From Leucoraja ocellata (lineage: Eukaryota): a DNA stretch of 64,000 nt. Shown in pieces: positions 38,900-50,878 of the stretch. The notes under the pieces were generated by a model, which saw only the letters and a program-made list of their open reading frames with translations, was not told the origin of the DNA and did no database searches. The first letter of the stretch is position 1; every line of letters starts with the position of its first letter. The stretch is taken from the NCBI GenBank assembly GCA_036785375.1, contig JAWMAR010000213.1:868001-932000 (forward strand), written 5' to 3'. A program made the position numbers and the translations under genes.

Positions 38900-39395
38900 T
38901 TATAGGCTTCCACCGCCGGCCCGCTGCCTACTTCTACTGCGGGCCTGGCGTGGACTTACCATCAGGAGCGGCGTCCTCACCGGGGACCCCTGGAGGGGAG
39001 CTTCGACTGCCGGCCTTGCAGTCTGCAGTGCATCTGGCTGCGGCGCGGCGGGGACTTTAAATCTTCGACCGCCGGCCTGCGGCCCACACCAACTTGAAGC
39101 CGCAGTCTCCGGTGGGGAAGAGCCGATTCTGGACTTACCTGGACTTTTATCTGTCTGCACATCTGGACGCCAGCAGCGGCGGTTGAGGTCCCGACCACGT
39201 GGGAAAATGGAGGAGGACTGGACAAATTTTGTGCCTTCCACCACAGTGATGAATGCTGTGGTGGATGTTTGTGTTACATTTTTAGTGTGTTTTTGTGTGT
39301 TCTTTATCATTGTACCGCTGCTGGCAAATTAATTTCACTTGCATTTTATGTGCAATGTGACGAATAAAACTGATTATATTATATTGATTATATTG
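38900..39395 (+). mobile_element. Non-coding GC-rich retroposon with Rex1-like 3' tail
   Basis: CpG-rich body, then gccttccaccacagtgatgaatgctgtggtggatgtttgtgttac..aatttcact..gtgacgaataaaa and a microsatellite tail. Confidence 0.55.
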
Positions 39396-40117
39396 TTGAA
39401 AACCATGCAGTGGTGGCTTGTGCCTAGAAAGGTCACTGTAAATTTCCAGAGCCACTAAAAAGGCTAGACGATCTTTTCATTCTAGGAAAAGTCCATTTTA
39501 AATTGCATAATGTTTGGAAATAGTGTCTAATGCAAATGAATCTCTTAGCAAAGTTACATTAAAAGGGAAGAGGAAATGTCTGGCTTTAACAATACTGTGC
39601 TTTGTTCAGAGATTACACGGACTTAATCAGCTCCAATTTGTTAAACTGTGTAAATGCTCACTCTAGTGCAAGCAGTTCTGATCACTTTGTTGATGAATAT
39701 GTTAGCACGCTAGCAGTTGGAAGTATGCAGTGCACATCAATCAGTGTTCTACGCTGCTTTGTAAGAGTATTGCCAAATTGGCGTGCACTGTTCCAATTAA
39801 CATTCTCTTAAATTAACACTCTTGAATGCGGTTGGGTAATGATAAAGCTCCCCTCCCCTCACCAACCATTAACATTGATAGTTAAGTGGATCATCAATTA
39901 CTTTGCGGTTAGTTGCTAATTGGTTTCTGTGGCTGTCCTTATATTTCTGAGGTTCAGGTAGACACAAAATGCTGGAGTAACTCAGCGGGACAGGCAGCAT
40001 CTCTGGCGTGAAGGAATTAGTGACGTTTCGGGACATGACCCTTGTTCAGACCTGAAGATTTTAATTCTGAGGATTAGGTGTTCTTTGATTTTAAAGTTTT
40101 ACATTAAAAGACACTAA

Positions 40118-40812
40118 AGGGCCTGTCCCACTTACGTGTCCTTGGCATGCAAATTACGCAACATCGTCGTCGTGTTGAGGCGCACGGGCATCGTATGGCT
40201 GCACGGGGCCGGTCCCACTGAGAAGCGCGGAGGGGTATGGAGTTGTGCGCGATATCGCGCGGCACCAAAATTGTTGTAGCAAACAAAATCTTTGCGCTCC
40301 AACGGCCTGTCGCATAACTGACGGCCAAAGTGGGACAGGCCCAAGACCCTGGTGCGATGCAACGTCTCACCTCCAACAGCAGCAGAAGCAGGTAAACAAT
40401 CGCCGAGCTCAGCCTGGGGCTCACGGCCGTTGCGGATCCGGATCCGCCTCCACTCCTACTCCCAGAGCGGGGCCAAGACGATTGGAGATAGACACAAAAT
40501 ACAGGAGTAACTCAGCGGGACTGGCAGCATCTCTGGAGAGAAGCAATGGGTGACGATTCGGGTCAAGACCCTTCTTTCAGACTGAAGAAGAGTCTTGACA
40601 CGAAACATCACCCATTCCTTCTCTTCTGAGATGCTGCCGTTCCCGCTGAGTTACTCCGGCATTTTGTGTCGATTTTCAAATGACATCACGCGCTCCAGAC
40701 GGCTGTGCAGGCACATAAAATCGCACGAGACCTTCGCGGGACCGTCGCGCCTCAACGCGACCTCGAGGTCGCATAATTAGCATGCCAAGGACACGTAAGT
40801 GGGACAGGGGCT
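40118..40812. mobile_element. PIF/Harbinger-type MITE
   Basis: TIR ag(gg/cc)cctgtcccacttacgtgtccttggcatgc (31/33, imperfect to about 65 bp), TAA TSD at 40115-40117 and 40813-40815. Confidence 0.9.
40491..40670. repeat. About 180-bp fold-back of two opposed Penelope pLTR halves inside the MITE
   Basis: gacacaaaat..gggtcaagacccttctttcag-a-ctgaagaagagtcttgacac..attttgtgtc. Confidence 0.85.
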
Positions 40813-41640
40813 TAAGTGCTGGAGTAAGTGGGTCTGGCAGCATCTCCAGCGAACATGGAGTTACTCCAGCCTTTTGTGTCTTTTATGTAAAACTTCAGCA
40901 AATTTAAGAGAATGTTAACTAACGGTGCATGGCAATTTGGCAATACTGTTGTCAAATCAACATAGAAAACTGATTGATCTATGGACTATGTATGTCCAGT
41001 GCATATCAGCAGCTAACATGCTAACATATTCAGTGATGCAGCCTGACTTGCTGAGTTGCAATATAGGATGATTGAAAGAATAAACAGAGTAGGAGACATT
41101 GTGGACAGAGAGTCTGGTGGGCCAGAGAGGCTGACAGAAGACTATTTCCACCCAGAGTCTCTGAGAATTATCCTCACACCAGAACCTTCACGAGGGACTG
41201 TGCACAAAGTCTTTGTGCTTCACTTCAGGAAATACAAGGTGAAATCTGTTACCTTCTGCAGATAAAGCTCCAGAACAGAGGTGAGAACATTATACTGGTG
41301 ACGGATGAAGGGCACTTTAAACATGGTCATTCAATAATAAATGATTGAATATTAAAATTAATCAAAGTTAAAAAAAATCAACAGATCAGGCAAGACCAAC
41401 GGGAGAGAGAAAAGAAGTTAACATTTCAATTTGATGACCTTTCAGCTAGGAGTTCTTATCAAATAAGCTTCACTTGTTTGAAAGGTTGTTCTGGAATTTG
41501 TTTGGAAACGTCAAAATGAATGGAATCAGTAAATATATTCTAAAATAATTTAAGGTAAGAAACAAAAATCTAAATAGAGGCATTCAAAATCTTTAAGGAC
41601 AGTTATTATTCCAATTCAATGCAGGGAACAAATAAATGCT

Positions 41641-41784
41641 TCTTCTTTTCTTCTTGTGTATGGCGTGCACAGCCTAAAGTTGTAGGCCAACTTTTTCTAT
41701 TTGATCTTATTTGATTGTGCATGCTGGGTTGATTGCATTCGTCGAAACAGGGCGGACCACGTGAGGGTTGCAATCTTCCACCTC
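41641..41784 (-). mobile_element. 144-bp short retroposon with 5' HDV-like ribozyme fold and (AAG)n tail; Ingi/Vingi-like non-autonomous element by inference
   Basis: 11-bp TSD AAATAAATGCT at 41630-41640 and 41785-41795; tail ..gccatacacaagaagaaaagaaga; sister copy at 37694-37741. Confidence 0.88.
41731..41784 (-). ncRNA. Predicted minimal HDV-like (CPEB3-like) self-cleaving ribozyme
   Basis: GAGGTGG-AA-GATTGCA-ACC-CTCACGT-GGT-CCGCCCT-GT-TTCGA-CGAA-TGCAATC gives P1 (G1-U wobble, one A-C mismatch), P2 (7/7), P3 (3/3), a 7-nt L3 and J4/2 CGAA, in nested double-pseudoknot order. Confidence 0.8.
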
Positions 41785-42009
41785 AAATAAATGCTCATTA
41801 ATAATGATTTAATAATAATAGTAACGTTATAAATAAATGTTTGAACAGAAGTACTTAAATATTCCTAACAATCTGCATGGATCAGATATCGCAATAATCC
41901 CAAGCCTTAGTTAGTTAGTCAGATCAGTTAGTAAATATGAGGAGGAAGAGGTGTGGAGCATGAAGGGGATAAGGCTGAAGAAAGAAGAACAAGAGATAAA
42001 AGGAAATAC

Positions 42010-42310
42010 AGGTGCTAGAATCTTAAACAAAACACAAAGTGCTGGAGGATCTCAATAGATCAGGCAGCATCTGTGGAGGGACCCTTCAGACTAATTATAG
42101 TAGTGGAGAGATGGCTGGAAAGGAGATGGGAATGGGACAAAGCCTGCAAATGATAGGTTAATCCAAGTGAAGGGGTTTGATTAGCAGATGGGTGCAGTAA
42201 GTAACAAAGGCTAGAGATGAAAAGGAGACAAAAGTGTGTCTGATAAGGAATGAAGTGGAGTGAAATTAAAGGCAGATGGCAAAGGTGGAAGGCAATGGGT
42301 GGAAACATGT
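42010..42310 (-). mobile_element. Penelope-like 3' region (diverged)
   Basis: acacaaagtgctggagg..caggcagcatctgtggagggacccttcagact followed by purine-rich UTR. Confidence 0.65.
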
Positions 42311-43576
42311 TATTCTCTCTTTCTGACATGAGGAATTCAGTGACAGCATGGGATAAATTCTAGTTGCCCTATTGTGGACAGTGAACACCTACATTTCCAA
42401 TTTCTGCAACTGAGGGGAAACATTATCTGCTGGGAATATAAAGATGAACACTTCCATTGTATCAAGAAGCAATTTCATCTGAGTGACATGGAGCTGTTCC
42501 CTGAAGTAGTGCTAAGGGACTAGCTATTCAAGAGCAACGTCAAGGTTTGTGGAACCAAAACAATATCAACTTGACATTCAATGCTCAATCCCTTGGAAGA
42601 AGTATTTCAGTCTTTTTCAGCTGCTGTCAGTGTGCTTGTTGACCTTATTACATACTACAAAATTATTTAAGTTGGTGCAAAGAGGTCCCACAATGAATTC
42701 CCTAGGCTGTTTTATAATGCAGTTCATGATTCACTAAGTGTTCACATAAAACAAGTACAGCGTCTGCTGAAGAGGACTGACAGATAGATTGCAATGTGGC
42801 GGCAGATAGATTGCAGATAGATTGCAATTGACCAGCTGGTTGCCCAACCTCGGCCCCGAGGGCGCCCCCCCTCACGACTCCCTCCACCTGTCACTCCACC
42901 TGTCCTCCCGCCGGTCCCTCGACCTGTCCCTCCACCTACGCCCCCGCAAGCCCCGGGATCTGCTGACTTCCGCACGCGGGCCGGCCGGGTCGTGCGCCCG
43001 CCGGTGCGTTTTGTGGTTCTGGGGGGGGGGTCCTGTGGCGGCTCCTAAGGGTCGTGCCATTATACTGCCGAACCCCTCGGCACAGGAGTGGTGCAGTCCG
43101 GAGGCGGCCCTCAGCCGGAGGGTTTAAAAGGCAGGGTTTGGGTGCCATCTTCCTCTGGTTTCGTCTTCCCTTCAACCGGGAGGAATACAATAAAGGTGCT
43201 TCTCAAACACTGGACTTCATGCCTCCTTTTGAGACCCGCGCACCACAGCAATATTTTTCATTCTTCATGGGTGGCATTAACTTGGCAAGCTGCTGTGAAA
43301 CTAATGGATCAGGTGGATCTCCAGTTTTATATTCGCGCCTCAACGCACACGCATGCACACACAATTTGACCTAGCGGTGGGGAAAATCAGTATTGATTTT
43401 GTTTATTCTGTCACCCTATGGGTGGGTTGGGCGAATGTGCTCACTTAGCTCTGAGTTTGGGTGGGCACATGGGCACAGTGTTCAGAATGGGGCATTCATG
43501 TAAGAGGATTTCTTAACATGGGAAGAAAGCGTGGTGCTTTGGCATCTCGTGGGCTCATTACAGGTTAGCAATTATA

Positions 43577-44035
43577 AGGTCATAAGGAATAGGAATTAGG
43601 CCATTCTGCCCATCAAGTCTACTCTGCCATTCAATCATGGCTGATCTATCTCTCCCCCCCAACCCCATTCTCCTGCCTTCTCCCCTTAATCTTTGACACC
43701 TGTACGAATCAAGAATCTATCAATCACTACCTTAAAAATATCCACTGACTTGGCCTCCACAGCCTTCTATGGCAAAGAATTCCACAGATTCACCACCCTC
43801 TGACTAAAGTCCTTTAATTCCGAGGATGACCTCTAGTCTTAGACTCTCCCACTAGTGGAAACATTCTCTCCACATTCACTCTATCCAAGCAGTTCACTAT
43901 TCTGTATGTTCCAATGAGGTCCCCCTTCATTCTTAGCTCAAGCGATTACAGGCCCAGTACCGACAAACGTTCATCATAGGTTAACCTACTAATTCCTGGG
44001 ATCGTTCTTATAACCTTCCTCTGGACTCTCTCCAT
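43577..44035 (-). mobile_element. CR1 3' fragment
   Basis: Same subfamily as 35316-35630 and 7135-7905. Confidence 0.85.
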
Positions 44036-44129
44036 GCTCACAATATAATTGCACCAAATACCGTGCAATGATCACTGGGGCATGTGAGATGTGCTGGCAG
44101 GGTCAAGTTGTGTATAATTAAGCAGTGAA

Positions 44130-44580
44130 GTAGAATGCAGAAAGTTGTGACCACTGCCCAGTTCATCACCGGCTCTGACCTCCCCACCATCGAAGGGATC
44201 TATTGCAGTCGCTGCCTCAAAAAGGCTGCCAACATCATCAGAGACTCTCATCATCCTGGCCACACACTCATCTCGCCATTGCCATCAGGAAGAAAGTACA
44301 GGAGCCTAAAATCTGTAACATCCAGGTTCAGGAACAGCTTCTTCCCCACAGCCATCAGGCTATTAAACACGACATCAAATAAGCTCTGAACAATAACAGT
44401 CTATTATTATTATTGCACGTTATCTGTTTATTTATTGTGTATATATGATCTATGGTCTATAGATTGAACACTGAACTGTATCTCCCGTTCTGTCTTATGT
44501 TTACATATTCTGTTGTGCTGCAGCATGTAAGAATTTCATTGTCCTATATGGGACACATGACAATAAAACTCTTTTGACTC
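44130..44580 (+). mobile_element. Rex1-type LINE 3' end
   Basis: QKVVTTAQFITG..AANIIRDSHHPGHTLISPLPSGRKYRS..RFRNSFFPTAIRLLN, then a catgacaataaa tail. Confidence 0.88.
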
Positions 44581-45042
44581 TTAGTACAAGTGTCAGAGGT
44601 TATGGGGAGAAGGCAGGAGAAAGGAGTTAAGAGGGAAAGGTAGATCAGCCATGATTGAATGGTGGAGTAGACTTGATGGGCCGAATGGCCTAATTCTACT
44701 CCGATCACATGAACCAGCACAGTAGATACTGTTCATTGTAGTCAGTCACCAATCCTTTGTATAGGTAGACATAAATGTGAGGCAGCATCTATGGAGCGAA
44801 GGAAATAGGCGACGTTTCTGGTCGAGACCCTTCTTCAGTCTATTTGCAAGATCACCTCACTTTTCTTGTATTTCAAATATTATATCTACATGGATGACCA
44901 TTATAAAAGGAGAATCTTTAAGTCTACCATGGTAACTTAAAACTTGTGATAATCATCATGGCTATTCTGTGATCCTTTTCTGGAATATCAATAAAAGGAC
45001 ACAAAGTTCTGGAGTAACTCAGAATTAGATAATTCAGCTTCT

Positions 45043-46050
45043 GGTGGCGCCATGCTGGACTAGCAGTCGCAACTTTTAGCTCCGCTGCTGTAAAATCGCG
45101 ATTTTTCGCGTTAAAATCGGGTCTAGAGGTCGGGACCAATTCAAAAAACTTACCGGAGCCCCGGGACGTCGCTCTGATGATATCATCAGTAAGTGCTGTG
45201 ATTTAAACGGAGGATAAAGGCTTTTAAATGAAAAAAACGTCTTCAGCTCAGAGCCCTCAGAGACCAATCTCAAAACAACTGCTGAAAACCCAGAAAACTG
45301 AAGAATAGACCTCTGAAGTGGATTCTGGAATGGCTACAAGGGCCAAGACTGAGATGGCTACTAAGGAGAAAAATGAAATGGAGGGGATAAAGAACTCGGT
45401 AAGAGAACTGAGAAAGGATATTGAGGCTGGAAACTCAAAAATGATGGAAAATATTAATGTTAAATTGATGGAAAATATGTCGAACATCAATGCTGGTAAT
45501 CAAAAAGTTATTGACTGCATTGGCATTATACAAATACAAATTGAGGATGTGCATGAAGAGCTAATGGGGAGAATTAATAAAGGGGAAGAAGAATCTAAGA
45601 AGAAGTTTGAGGCTGTGCTTGTAATTGTTTCTTCACAAGTAACTGCAATGAAAGACATGGAAACAGTTGTTGATCAAGTGGCTGAAGATATGCAGGGAAT
45701 GAAGCTAGAAATAGACAACCTCAAGAGTCAACTGGCGAAAGTCTCAGATAAATGTCTTGATCTTGAAGCTCGCTCAAGACGCCAAAATTTACGAATACTG
45801 GGAGTAACAGAAGGGGCAGAGGGAAACAACGCCCGTGAGTTCACTGCCAACTTAATCAAACATGTACTCAATTTACCTGTGGAACCGGAAATTGAAGTGG
45901 CACATCGAATACCCTGATTTAAGCCAAGATCACAAGCAGATCCAGCCCACCCACGACAGATCATAGGTACAGGATTTGTGGAAGGAAGATCATCTTTATG
46001 GCATTTATTATAACTATGAGGGAAATCGGAAGCGTTTTCCAAAATTGAAT
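45043..46050 (+). mobile_element. L1 5' UTR and ORF1 (disrupted after 45917)
   Basis: CpG-rich leader, ATG at 45330, coiled coil, then DLEARSRRQNLRILGVTEGAEG..IEVAHR (L1 ORF1 RRM signature). Confidence 0.88.
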
Positions 46051-46828
46051 AAGGACATTTAGTTAGGTAATTAATGGTGGAAAGTTTGCTTGAAATAGAG
46101 AAGTATATTTCCTAGTTACGTGAACTCCGAGATATTTAAATTTGTCCGTAGCAATTCTAAAAGGGAATTTTAGAAGGTGTGGCGGATCTTGAGGCTTTAT
46201 TGACATAATTTCACTTTTGTTCCAGTTTATTCTATATCCTGAAAAGGAACCTAATTCCTCTATAAGATTTAGTTTGTTTGGAATACTAACTTGGGAATTG
46301 GTGATATATGGTAATACATCATCTGCATACAATGATATTTTATTATTAGAATATTTATTATTATAGACATGAATATTCGGATGTACTCTTATACTTTCTG
46401 CTAAAGGTTCAATCGCAAGGGAAATTAACAGGGGTGATAGTGCACACCCCTGTCTACTGCCCCTGGATAACTGAAATTTAGGTGAGAGTATTCAGTATTC
46501 CGGCAGTCGGCTTGTCATATAGCAACTTTATCCATGAAATAAAGTTTTCTCCTAATTGAAATTTTTGCAATACTGTAAAAATATATTTCCATTCTACTTG
46601 GTCAAATGCTTTTTCTGCAACTAATGAAATAATTTATGTCTTCTTTTATCGTTCTATGTGAGTACATTATGTTAAACAGACGTCTCAAGTTGTTGTACAA
46701 GTGTCTCTTGGGTATAAACCCAGTTTGATCTGAATGTATTAATTTATTAACGTATTTACTTAGTCTTCTTGCCAGGGTTTTAGCTAATATTTTCTGATCT
46801 GTATTTAGCAGGGCAATTGCTCTATTGA
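46050..46828 (-). mobile_element. L1 ORF2 RT fragment, inverted relative to ORF1
   Basis: Minus strand shows [46 protein letters not shown] and FSGYRINWNKSE. Confidence 0.88.
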
Positions 46829-47584
46829 CAACGTAAAGGGTAAATTTTAATATCTTTAGTTATCCTCATATTTTAATTGGTTTTATTTTCTTTTATTCAT
46901 ATATATATTTTTTAATTTTAGAGTAGTTTTTGAATATTTTGGTAAGCCGGACATTCAGAAGCCTGTGACATATTTAACTGCTGGCTAGGACTGTGTGCAT
47001 GGATTTGCCAGCTGTTCAGTTTTTTACTCAGCAATTTCGTGGAAGTGCTTACAATGGCTGCCCATGTGACCACATTATTTTGCACAAGGCCGTGCTGTCG
47101 CTGCTTAGGGGCTTGCCATCTACGATCAGCACAGGGAAAATTCAAAGCACTTCAGTGTTCTTGTGGAGGGAATGAACAGCTTGCCTCAATCAGAAGTCCT
47201 GGTCACTGCATCGGGGAGTAGGTGGTGAATCAGCAGCATGGGCTGTCAAGAGTGTTATATTGTCTTATGTCTTAGGCAGAACAATTAAATTATTTCCATC
47301 CAATACAATCCAGGGGAATGATGCAAGCTGACGATGCAGTCATTTAAGTGCAAATTTGAAAATTAATGATCAGAAAATAATATTTTTGGATACAGCTGAC
47401 TGATAATTTGTGTCATAGATTATGTTGAGTGCAGCATATGCCCTGGAAAAGCATGAATTTGGAACGATGACTTGCATAGCATCTCACACTGGCGAATACC
47501 CCTCCTCAGATTGGTGTCTGCTAGACACTAATTGACAGAGATAGATTTTTATGTCTTGGTCAACAACTTATTTTTTTATTTACT

Positions 47585-48038
47585 AAGTTACAGAGAAAGG
47601 TTGAACAAGTTAGGGCTTTATTCTTTGGAGTGCAGAAGGTTAAGGGGGGACTTGATAGAGGTCTTTAAAATGATGAGAGGGATAGACAGAGTTGACGTGG
47701 ATAAGCTTTTCCCACTGAGAGTAGGGAAGATTCAAACAAGGGGACATGACTTGAGAATTAAGGGACAGAAGTTTAGGGGTAACATGAGGGGGAACTTCTT
47801 TACTCAGAGAGTGGTGGCTGTGTGGAATGAGCTTCCAGTGAAGGTGGTGGAGGCAGGTTCGTTTTTATCATTTAAAAATAAATTGGATAGTTATATGGAC
47901 GGGAAAGGAATGGAGGGTTATGGTCTGAGCGCAGGTATATGGGACTAGGGGAGAATACGCGTTTGGCACGGACTAGAAGGGTCGAGATGGCCTGTTTCCG
48001 TGCTGTAATTGTTATATGGTCATATGGTTATATGGTTA
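47585..48038 (+). mobile_element. CR1 3' end with (TATATGGT)n tail
   Basis: SYRERLNKLGLYSLECRRLRGDLIEVFK..FFTQRVVAVWNELP. Confidence 0.9.
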
Positions 48039-49789
48039 TTATTACTGTAATGCAGCTATCAGGATGGTAAAAGGTAAATTAAATAGACCCTGGCCAACAC
48101 ACTCTGGCAATTACTAAATTCAGATGTTTTCTTATCATTGGATACTACAAATGATGTTTTTTTAAGCCAGTAATCCAATTTAGATCATCAAGTGCTTTCA
48201 AAGCACCAGTTCCACCACAAAAAGCTGCATGCCTTTTGTTCTCTGTAACAAAGCATTCATTTAATTTCAATTAAGAAATCTTTGTAAAAATTCATATTGT
48301 ACAAATCTTCGTGTTGTAAGAAATCTCCTTACAATAATGAGCTGCTAACCGTTCTATTTCAGACTTTTTTCCTCCAATCCTCTCTTTTCCTCCACCTCTT
48401 TGTCTGCTGCCAATTGTGGGAATGCTGTCCTGTGAAATAGCTGCTCCCTAAGGCCATGCAATTTTAATAAGACTTGAAGCTCTGAAGCAGTGGTCATTCT
48501 TCATGTTTTGTAAACTCATCTTTCTGTTCAACCATGTGACAAATCTGTCCATGAGTAAATGAACAAGAGCGATTGCTGTCCTTGTGTTTGTCTGGGACTC
48601 TGCGATCACTGTTCCAATCTACACGTGTGTGCCTTTGATTTGCTTTGCTTTGCTTCCCCTCAATCACTAATTTTAACCATTTGAATTTTTGTATTCTTCT
48701 GTACCTCTGACAACTCATTTGCTACAAAATACATTTTTAATTGATATTTTGGTATGTGGTCTCTGCTGGAAGATCCAGCATTAATTACTTGTCTTTAATT
48801 GTCGTTAAGAAATTGATGAAGTCATAGAGAGAAAAAGCACACAAACAGCTTCAGCCTCCCAGGTCTGAGCCAACCATCAACCACCTGTTTACACTTCTCC
48901 CTTGTTTTGCTTCCCACATTCTTCTTAACTCTCTTCAGATTTTGTCATTGTCCTACACACACGCAAAATTTAAATATTTAATTTAATTTATAAACATTGG
49001 CAATAATTAAATTTTTAGGTGCTCAATAAGTCAATCTTTCAGTTGACAAGAAAGCAACAATATTTAATGAAAAGAGATCAGAGGTTCCTTGCCTAAAATT
49101 TGATTGTAATACCCTCGTATTAGAATACAATGTCTTTCACATATAATATACCTGTACTTGCAATTCATCCTTTGTAAAAATACTTAATCAACATGAATAG
49201 TCAAGATTATCTCTTCAGTCCTCATAATCTAACAATCATGCACTGTCCTATTTTTTACCTTAATCGATATAAGGACTGGAATTCTGTTTACAGTACTTTA
49301 ATAATTTTTGCTGATCTAAATATGGTCCTCACGATTTCTGTATGGCTGTTTTTTTTCCGATTCTCTGTTGTCTGTCCTTTTTCCTCCCTACTAGAGATGG
49401 CAAGGCACAGAGCAGCACATTATGGATTTGACATCCCAATAACGATGACAATGCACATTGTAGCTGTGAACAAAATGGACTGTGAGCTTGGATTTGGAGC
49501 TTCAGTTTTTCAGCAAAAATCATAATGTTGCACATTAATCATACTTTGGATGCATGTTGCCAGTGTTTTAACTATATTACTAGTAGCAATTTGTGTGTTA
49601 CCATCTACGTTATTGTGTGTCCATTCGAGCGGAGTTCCATGGCTGCTCACTGACTTCCCAATGTCAATTAGATTTGTGGACTAGTTACCAGGGAAAGGAA
49701 CTTTGTTCTTGCATCTTAATTAACTGATAGAAAATGTTTGCATCTTTGTTAACTTTTTTTCAAATATTGTGATTATTCTGAATGTCTTT

Positions 49790-50370
49790 ATATTACTAGG
49801 GCACATCATATCATCTCGGGCCATCCCAAAACACTGGTCAATGCAGGATGATCATTGTTGGAATATAGTAGCCAATTTGCACACAGCAAGATCCAACGGA
49901 GTGAAGTCATAATAAAAAGTAAAAGGCAGATGCTGGAAATCTGGAATAACAGCAAAGTATTGGAAATGTTCAAACGGTCATGCATCTCAGGAGAGGGAAA
50001 TGTTTTGGGTTGAAGAATCTTTGACCTCATTAATTCTGTTTCCCTTTCTCTCAAATAATGGGCCAAATGCGGGCAGGTAGGACTAGTGTAGCTGGGACAT
50101 GTTGGTCTGTGTAGGCAAGTTTGTCCAAAGGGCCTAATTCCACACACTATGACTTATATGACACTATGACTCTCTGTGACTGACTCTGTGATGCAAGATA
50201 ATTCCACGGATGTCATAATAACCTGAAAAACATTTAAAAAAAAAATATGGATTGAGGGAAAGCAGTTGGCCAGGGCCTTTAATGCTTATGTGTCTTTAAT
50301 GCCTCTAGGCATTTAACATGTCTATGAGAGAGCAGTTGTATTTGAATTAATTTTCCATTGAATATATTGG
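49790..50370 (-). mobile_element. Ancient Deu-domain SINE (SacSINE1/AmnSINE1-like) split by younger inserts
   Basis: gccaatttgcacacagcaagatcc (about 49870) and ttgagggaaagcagttggccagg (about 50252) resemble the Deu core as I recall it; pLTR and CR1-tail pieces lie between. Confidence 0.5.
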
Positions 50371-50878
50371 TATTTGTAGAGCTAATGAGTCATAAGGCAG
50401 ATATGATATAAGCAAGGCACACGGCAAGTTATAAAAGGTCCTCTTGGAGCATTGCCTGAAATATTTTTGGAATAGGGTGATTAAGAAATTCATTCTGCTC
50501 ATCGCTCCTGAATAAATCAATCGATAGAAATATGTAGAAGCCTTGTGTAGAAGTTTTACCCTAACATCATTAATTGAGGTGCCTTAGTTTAAAAATATGT
50601 TCCTTTCACTATTAATAGAATAGGCTGACTCCAGAGCAACAGTCTTATACCCTCCAATAACTACTGTTGTGCTTCTATGACGTACTGTACTCTAAAGTAG
50701 CGGCAAGGATATCTGAATAGTTAATGATGGTAAAAGTAATTTTGCCAATTTCATTTGCAAACTTGAGTAATTTGTGGGAAGAAATTACAACATAAGTCTA
50801 ACTTTGCACCTTCTGATGTTTTTATATATATATGTGTATATATACCTGTCATTCTACTTTAAGCACCACATTAGCTTT

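Noticed and set aside
49193-49525. 110-aa ORF with a hydrophobic stretch as a further SLC35F1 exon
   Set aside because: No similarity to the expected neighbouring SLC35F1 exon peptides.
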